The notes under the pieces are model-generated. The model ran no database searches. It was not told where the DNA came from and saw only the letters and a list, made by a program, of their open reading frames with translations. A DNA stretch of 32,386 nt from positions 1 through 32,386 of the forward strand of contig JACPTD010000016.1 in assembly GCA_016192955.1 (NCBI GenBank), in the 5' to 3' direction. Of the stretch, positions 26,418 to 32,386 are shown piece by piece (within the stretch, counting starts at the first letter, position 1; each line of letters starts with the position of its first letter). The stretch is from Candidatus Woesearchaeota archaeon. GTDB lineage: Archaea; Nanobdellota; Nanobdellia; Woesearchaeales; GW2011-AR4. Both the position numbers and the translations under genes were made by a program.

Positions 26418-27851
26418 ATGAAAATCCTAGGAATATCATGTCCATTGAAATTAGGCGAGCATGCAAGAATTGTTTCTGTGCATTTTCCTATTGGATTGGG
26501 TGTTTTATTGGCACATCTCAGGAACAATGGTTTTGAAGTGGAGTTATTGGATTATAATGTTGAGACTTACACTGATGAATTGTTTATTCAGAGACTTAAA
26601 CAATCAAAACCAAAGGTTGTAGGATTAGCCGCTACTACTGCTGCTATCAAGAGCGCACATCGATTGGCCACATTAATTAAAAAAAATGCGCCTGAAATTA
26701 TAATTGTCGCCGGCGGCCCGCATGTAGATGCCCTCCCCACCGAAAGTATGGAGGAATTCCCAAATTTCGACATCGTTATCTATGGAGAAGCAGAAGATAC
26801 TTTCTTGGAATTATGTCAACGCATAGAAAAGAACGAATCACTTGATGGCTGCAAAGGCATTGTGCATAGGAATAATGGTGAAATTATAAAGGAAAAACCC
26901 ATGCCATTAATCCAGAACTTAGACAAATTGCCTTATGCTGCAAGAGATCTTGTAAATTTTGATAACTATAAAACAGCTCATGTCCAGAGAGGGATTAGCA
27001 GAAAATTTATGAATATAATGGAGTTTATGACATCAAGGGGGTGCCCAGCAAAGTGCATTTTTTGCGCGTCTGGGGCAAATAAGCCGCCTACTGTAAGGTG
27101 GAGGAGTGTGCCACATGTGGTGGGAGAGATAGATGAATGTATTGAGAAGTATGGAACAACTTATGTAGATTTAATGGATGATACCTTTACTCTGAATAAA
27201 AAATATGTCTATGAATTTTGTGATGCCATGAAAGTTCGTGGCTTGCAATGGGGTTGCTTAACTAGGGTTGATTGTGTTACTAAAGAATTGCTTCAGACAA
27301 TGGTTGATTCTGGTTGCATAAGGGTTTCTTTTGGAGTAGAAAGCGGGTCGCCAAGGATTATGGCGATGAACGGCAAGGCTATTACAATAGACAAAGTCAG
27401 GCAAGCATTTAAATGGGCGCATGAAGTAAAACTCAAAATTATTGACGGCAGTTTCATAATTGGCAGTCATCCGGATGAGAATTATGAGGATATAGAGCAT
27501 ACAATTAAACTGATTAAAGAGGTTAATCCTAATTTTTTTTCTGTGAGTATAATTGTTCCATTGCCCGGCACTGCATCTTACAACATGATGAAATCAAAAG
27601 GGTTGATACTTGCTGACAATTGGGAGAAATTCGTTTATATTGGGGAGAAACCAAGCTGGAGGACTGTATATTTTTCTCCAGAAGAGCTTGTAAGGTTGCA
27701 GAAATACGTCTTGAGGAAAACATATTTCAGGCTGGGCTATATAATTCCGCTCTTTCTTAGGATTCGTAACTTGAATGAGTTAAGATACTTTGCCAATATT
27801 GGCTGGGAATCATTTAAACAGGTTTTGCTGAGCAAAGAAACATGGTATTAG
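26418..27851 (+). CDS. Cobalamin-binding radical SAM enzyme (class B methyltransferase-like)
   Basis: N-terminal B12-binding domain (PIGLGVLLAHL, GGPH, GEAE); SRGCPAKCIFC; DDTF; FGVESGS; PLPGT. Confidence 0.92.
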   Translation: MKILGISCPLKLGEHARIVSVHFPIGLGVLLAHLRNNGFEVELLDYNVETYTDELFIQRLKQSKPKVVGLAATTAAIKSAHRLATLIKKNAPEIIIVAGGPHVDALPTESMEEFPNFDIVIYGEAEDTFLELCQRIEKNESLDGCKGIVHRNNGEIIKEKPMPLIQNLDKLPYAARDLVNFDNYKTAHVQRGISRKFMNIMEFMTSRGCPAKCIFCASGANKPPTVRWRSVPHVVGEIDECIEKYGTTYVDLMDDTFTLNKKYVYEFCDAMKVRGLQWGCLTRVDCVTKELLQTMVDSGCIRVSFGVESGSPRIMAMNGKAITIDKVRQAFKWAHEVKLKIIDGSFIIGSHPDENYEDIEHTIKLIKEVNPNFFSVSIIVPLPGTASYNMMKSKGLILADNWEKFVYIGEKPSWRTVYFSPEELVRLQKYVLRKTYFRLGYIIPLFLRIRNLNELRYFANIGWESFKQVLLSKETWY

Positions 27852-27868
27852 TTTGCTATTTTTCATAA

Positions 27869-28699
27869 TTAAACCACCGGGAATAATTTGTTTAATTGTC
27901 CCATATCCCTTTTTCTAAGGTTCCACCCCGATATCTTAATATTTTCTTTAATATGCTGAAGTGAAGAAGATTTTGTGATGGCAACTACATTTTTGTGTGA
28001 GACTATCCACTTTAATGCAATTTGTGCATTTGTTTTACCATACTTTTTCGAGATTTGGTCAAGTATTTTTATGCCTTTACGCGCAAGTTCTCCTCCAGCC
28101 AAAGGGCGATAAGCTATTACCGTTACACTGTTTTTCACGCAAAACGGAATAAGTTCGCGCTCTGCTTCTCTTCTTATTAGGCTGTACTCTATCTGATTAG
28201 CAGCTATTTTATGTTTTCTAAGATATTTTTGCGCTTTTTTGAGGTCAACAACAGAAAAATTACTAACACCTATAGCCCTTATTTTGCCTTGCTCTGCCAA
28301 ATACTCCATAGCCTTCATAGTCTCTTTCAATGGAATAGCGGTGTTTGGCCAATGCACCAGATAAAGATCAACATAATTTGTTTGTAGCCTTTTTAGACTT
28401 TTTTTCAATGAAATTATTACATTATCATAATTAAGATTAGTTTTCCAAACTTTTGTTGTTATAAACAATTTTTCTCTGTCAAATTTTCTTATAGCTTTCC
28501 CAATCTCCTTTTCTGTCTGGCCTTGACCATAAAGTTCAGCAGTGTCTATGTGCCTTATACCAAAATCAATTGCTTGCTGAATTATTCTTATCTCTTCCCT
28601 TTCCTTGGATGAATCAGCCTCGAAGTTTCCACCTATTCCCCACGTTCCTATTCCAATTACAGGAATCTTCTTGCCATTTGATAATTTTTTGTTTTTCAT
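27869..28699 (-). CDS. Aldo/keto reductase
   Basis: GIGTW, IDTAELYG, ITTK, DLYLVHWP, IGVSNF, NQIEY and AYRPL motifs. Confidence 0.95.
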   Translation of the reverse strand: MKNKKLSNGKKIPVIGIGTWGIGGNFEADSSKEREEIRIIQQAIDFGIRHIDTAELYGQGQTEKEIGKAIRKFDREKLFITTKVWKTNLNYDNVIISLKKSLKRLQTNYVDLYLVHWPNTAIPLKETMKAMEYLAEQGKIRAIGVSNFSVVDLKKAQKYLRKHKIAANQIEYSLIRREAERELIPFCVKNSVTVIAYRPLAGGELARKGIKILDQISKKYGKTNAQIALKWIVSHKNVVAITKSSSLQHIKENIKISGWNLRKRDMGQLNKLFPVV

Positions 28700-28714
28700 A
28701 TTAGGTCTAGAGAA

Positions 28715-29929
28715 CTAATCGACAATATGAGGCCATGGAACAGGAACAATAATTTTACCTTTGTAGCCAAGTTTCTTAATTTTTGGGATAAGTTCTTCTG
28801 CTATGTTCCAAGATAATAGTAATGCATAATCAGGCTGCTCGTCAAATAATTGTTTTTCATCAACAATACTAATATGCATCCCTGGAGTGTATAGTCCTAT
28901 CTTTAAATTACTTCTTTCCACTAAGTACTCCATTATATCTGGGGTTATGTTGCAGTAATTGAGTAAAGTATTTCCTTTTGCAGGCGCACCTATCCCTGCA
29001 ATTTTTTTCCCTTCTTTCTTTATCCCTATAAGCATTTCCTGAATTTTGATTTTATGGGCCTTAACTTTTTGGGCAAACTCGTGGAAGGTTTCTTTATTAT
29101 AAAGCCCATAAGATTCCTCCTCCTTAAGAATTTTGGCTATATTATCCGAATTAGGATACATATTCTTTTTGCAAACATAAATCCTTATAGAACCTCCATG
29201 CGTGGTTATCTTTTCTGCATCAAATATATCCATATTAAATAATTTAAATAAATAAATTAACGGCTTTAGACTATAATATCTCAAGTGTTCGTGATATATA
29301 GAGTCCCATTGCATTCCTGTAACAAGACTTAGAATGTGGTGAGATTCACAAATGAATATCCCATCATCGCTCAAAAGTTTTTTTACACCTTCGACAGAAG
29401 ACATAATGTCTTTCACGTGCGCAAAAACATTTGTTGCTGTAACAACTTTTGCCTTTCCATATTTTTTTACAATTTTCATTGGCGTGTCTCTGTTGAAAAA
29501 TTCCTTCATGGTGGGAACCGAATTTTTGATTGCAATTTCTGCTACGTTCGATGGCTCTATACCTAAGATTCGTATATTGTACTTTAAATAGCCTTTAAGC
29601 AATGTCCCGTCGTTAGAGCCTATATCTACAGCAAGGTCCTTTCCAGCAAGTTTGAATCTAGCGACAATTTTATCAACAAGCTCTGCAAAGTTTTTTATCA
29701 GGCTTTTGTTGGTCTGTGTACTATAAACATAATTTCTAAAGAGAATTTCTGGTTTAACTTCATAACCAAGCTGCACCAAGCCACAGTTTTCACAGTAATA
29801 GACATCTAATGGGTAATATGTTTCTGGTTTGTTTAAGCCTTCAAACCTCAAAAACGAATTGCTGGGAGGTTGATGACCTAAAGTTAGAAAGTTGCACAGA
29901 TTCTGATAATTACATATAGAACATTTCAT
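28715..29929 (-). CDS. NDP-hexose C-methyltransferase family (zinc-binding, class I SAM-dependent)
   Basis: CSIC...CENCGLVQL zinc site; DIGSNDG; NVFAH; YHEH; HGGSIR; GAPAKGNTLL; LLSWN. Confidence 0.9.
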   Translation of the reverse strand: MKCSICNYQNLCNFLTLGHQPPSNSFLRFEGLNKPETYYPLDVYYCENCGLVQLGYEVKPEILFRNYVYSTQTNKSLIKNFAELVDKIVARFKLAGKDLAVDIGSNDGTLLKGYLKYNIRILGIEPSNVAEIAIKNSVPTMKEFFNRDTPMKIVKKYGKAKVVTATNVFAHVKDIMSSVEGVKKLLSDDGIFICESHHILSLVTGMQWDSIYHEHLRYYSLKPLIYLFKLFNMDIFDAEKITTHGGSIRIYVCKKNMYPNSDNIAKILKEEESYGLYNKETFHEFAQKVKAHKIKIQEMLIGIKKEGKKIAGIGAPAKGNTLLNYCNITPDIMEYLVERSNLKIGLYTPGMHISIVDEKQLFDEQPDYALLLSWNIAEELIPKIKKLGYKGKIIVPVPWPHIVD

Positions 29930-29934
29930 TTTTC

Positions 29935-30906
29935 TTAAAATTTATCTTTGTACCATTCATAACATTTACTCAAGCCATAGTCAAGATCTATTTTTGCAGT
30001 AAAGCCGAGGTTTCTTAATTTTGTTGTATCAGGACACCTTCTTTTTGAGCTTCCTTCAGGCGCAGGTCTTATATCAAGAGCGGGGTTTACTCCTACAATC
30101 TTAAAAAGCTTTTTCGCTAAATCTGCTATTTTTATTTCGTCATCACTTCTTCCTATGTGTATTGTTTGACCATTTGTTTTTGGGCTTTCCATAACTAGCT
30201 TTGTTGCCTTTAATGCATTATCTATATAACAAAAAGATCTAGTTTCATTGCCACCATATATCACGAAGGGATTTTCTTTTTTAACAATCCTTCTAATGAA
30301 CTGTGGAACCACATGGTCATAGCCCATTCTTGGACCATAGATATTGTGATACCTTATTATTACAAAATCTTTGAGGCTATAAGCTTTCGCATACGAGTGC
30401 ATAGCAACCTCTCCAAGTAGCTTGCTTGCCCCATAGCTCCATCTTACATTTTTTGGATTATCAACAACGAGAGGCACTTCCTCAGGTGTAGGGATAGGGA
30501 ATCTTTTTCCGAGCAATTTTAAAGCTCCGCTATAAGCCTCTGAACTTGAACTGAAAAGTAATTTTCCTTTTTTGCACTTGACAAACCAGTCTAAAATATT
30601 TATAGTCCCTAAAACACCTACTTTTAAAACCCTATCGGGAATTTTGTAGAAATTTGCAGTTCCGTTAATTGCAGCTAGATGGTATATTTGATCATAATCA
30701 TTATCTAATTTATCAAAGGTTTCTGATAACGTGACGTCTCCCTCAATTAATGCTATATTATTTTTGATTACTTCTTCATTTAAATCTGGCTCTTTTGATT
30801 GCCTTTCAAAATTATCGAGGATTGTTACATCATACTCATGATTAGCAAGATAGTTAGCTAAATGAAACCCAATAAATCCAGCTCCGCCAGTTATAAGCAC
30901 TTTCAT
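29935..30906 (-). CDS. NAD-dependent nucleotide-sugar epimerase/dehydratase (extended SDR)
   Basis: TGGAGFIG, HLAA, SSSEAY, YGASK, RYHNIYGPR and TRSFCYI motifs. Confidence 0.93.
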   Translation of the reverse strand: MKVLITGGAGFIGFHLANYLANHEYDVTILDNFERQSKEPDLNEEVIKNNIALIEGDVTLSETFDKLDNDYDQIYHLAAINGTANFYKIPDRVLKVGVLGTINILDWFVKCKKGKLLFSSSSEAYSGALKLLGKRFPIPTPEEVPLVVDNPKNVRWSYGASKLLGEVAMHSYAKAYSLKDFVIIRYHNIYGPRMGYDHVVPQFIRRIVKKENPFVIYGGNETRSFCYIDNALKATKLVMESPKTNGQTIHIGRSDDEIKIADLAKKLFKIVGVNPALDIRPAPEGSSKRRCPDTTKLRNLGFTAKIDLDYGLSKCYEWYKDKF

Positions 30907-30997
30907 AATATATCTTCTGTCCCTTAAAGAACTAATAAAGCTATTTAAATTTTGTTCTTGAGCAATATACCAGGAAATAACTTATTTCATTTAGAGC

Positions 30998-32206
30998 TTA
31001 GTTATGGTTCTTTTTTGCTACATTCCAAAGGTCGATTATTTCAACTCTTTTGGGTATGCGCAGTCCCTTATATGCAGAATGAGGCACCCCCACAACAACA
31101 ACCTCACATGATTTTAGCAATTCTTCTTTTGATACAAAAGTAGGATTTTTCGCATATTCATCTGAATAGTAAACCTTTGCCCCATGAAAACGCAATATTT
31201 TGCCGAGCTTGAATGAAAGCGAGTCTCTGATATCGTCTATATCAGCCTTAAATGCCATTCCAAGGATTCCTATCTTGGTTTTGCTTAAATCATATTTTTT
31301 TCTTAGGTTTTCCACTATAAAATTAGGCAACCCTTCATTAATCATCATGGCTGCATGCCCTAAGAGGAAGTTATTGTTGTTGAAAGCTGCCAACTGCATA
31401 GTGTCCTTTAAAAGGCATGGCCCTGCTGCAAAACCTGCTGTTGGCAAAGTGGCTGTCCTTCCATAGCCATCAGTCATCGCGCGGCGCACCTTGTCATAGT
31501 CAACACCAAAAGCAGTGGCAATCATATAAAACTGGTTTGTCACAGCGAATTGTATATATCTCCAGCCATTTGAAAAGAATTTCACCAATTCTGCTTCGCC
31601 CATTGAGGTTTTTATTATCTTTGGAGAAAGTCTGCCGAACAGGCTTGCAGCATCCTTTACTGCCTTATCGCTCAATCCTGCGACAATCTGCGGCAGTTCT
31701 TTTAGCTCTTTGATGGAGTAGCCTTGAACAATGCGCTCCGGGCAATAAGCAATGTGCCACTCTCTATTATTTCCATTCTTCAATAGATTTAAAACTTGCT
31801 GGCAGGTGTGAGGGTACACTGTGCTTCTAACTATTATTGTCTGTTCCTCGCTCAGATATTTTTTTAAAGCGGTGACGGATTCCAAAAACGCCCTTGTTTT
31901 CGGATTTAAGTACTCATCAACAGGGGTTCCTATGGCAATAATCACGTACCTTGCCTTTGAAACACTGCTTGCATCAAGAGAAATCTTTAGCTTGCCATCT
32001 TTAATAACCTTTTTTAAGATCGGCTCGGCGCCGTACTCAATGAACGGCATTACGCCTTGCTTGACAGAATCTGCCTTTTTAGCGTCAACATCATACAGGC
32101 ACACTCTCAAACCGCTGTCTGCAAAAGCTATGCCCAGAGGCAGCCCTACATGGCCTAAGCCCCCTACAATAACTATATCAAATTCAGGATTAATTTGAGA
32201 TGGCAT
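30998..32206 (-). CDS. Nucleotide-sugar dehydrogenase (WecC/WbpO-like; ORF track start 32296, probable start 32206)
   Basis: GLGHVGLP, IGTP, RSTVYP, CPER, AELVK, GPCLLKD and GMAFKADIDDIRDS motifs. A TATA-like TTTTTAAA lies about 25 nt upstream of ATG 32206. Confidence 0.92.
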   Translation of the reverse strand: MPSQINPEFDIVIVGGLGHVGLPLGIAFADSGLRVCLYDVDAKKADSVKQGVMPFIEYGAEPILKKVIKDGKLKISLDASSVSKARYVIIAIGTPVDEYLNPKTRAFLESVTALKKYLSEEQTIIVRSTVYPHTCQQVLNLLKNGNNREWHIAYCPERIVQGYSIKELKELPQIVAGLSDKAVKDAASLFGRLSPKIIKTSMGEAELVKFFSNGWRYIQFAVTNQFYMIATAFGVDYDKVRRAMTDGYGRTATLPTAGFAAGPCLLKDTMQLAAFNNNNFLLGHAAMMINEGLPNFIVENLRKKYDLSKTKIGILGMAFKADIDDIRDSLSFKLGKILRFHGAKVYYSDEYAKNPTFVSKEELLKSCEVVVVGVPHSAYKGLRIPKRVEIIDLWNVAKKNHN

Positions 32207-32339
32207 CTCCTTTGCAGAGGATTTTATCGCTTTAAAAAGCTTATGGAATTCCTTTCTATTGTGAATGCTGATTATTTTTGTCAAAAACAGCTTCATCCAA
32301 AAAATAGATTAACCATCAAATTCTATGATAAAATAAAAT

Positions 32340-32366
32340 GGGTAAGCCGAATATTCGGCTCAACCC
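32340..32366. repeat. Perfect 16-bp palindrome within a longer hairpin
   Basis: AGCCGAATATTCGGCT (32345-32360), flanked by GGGT...ACCC; shares its outer arms with module B. Confidence 0.6.
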
Positions 32367-32386
32367 ACAAATAGACTCTATTCGTA

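Noticed and set aside
765-32198. Many opposite-strand or nested ORFs in the track (e.g. 765-1370, 7217-7690, 9110-9661, 10927-11466, 17791-18357, 31821-32198)
   Set aside because: These are shadows of well-supported genes and have no motifs of their own.
32207-32296. N-terminal 30 aa of the dehydrogenase as given in the ORF track
   Set aside because: The Rossmann motif begins shortly after Met 32206, and a TATA-like box lies inside this extension.

Overview
Archaeal window, most likely from a DPANN lineage (Woesearchaeota-like). This is inferred from class III signal-peptide pilins, a PGF-pre-PGF surface protein, a geranylgeranyl reductase, a BHB-intron tRNA, TATA-type promoters and GGTGA ribosome-binding sites. 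The left half (1-15 kb) holds a 5'-truncated CARDB/beta-propeller surface protein and a type IV pilus locus: three minor-pilin-like genes including a VWA adhesin, a wHTH/coiled-coil protein, an assembly ATPase, two platform proteins and two paralogous major pilins. The locus is interrupted by a toxin-antitoxin pair and an antisense polyproline-tailed secreted protein. The middle holds a ~5.2 kb S-layer-like gene broken into three ORFs, DUF192, a tRNA-Trp(CCA) with three BHB introns (one appears to encode a minimal box C/D guide for its own C34), a repeat surface protein and the reductase. The right holds an unannotated DUF2080 gene behind a perfect 22-bp palindrome and a sugar-modification cluster. 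A family of REP/MITE-like palindromic modules recurs at gene 3' ends and supplies the stop codons of two genes. All calls come from reading the sequence by eye; no searches were run.
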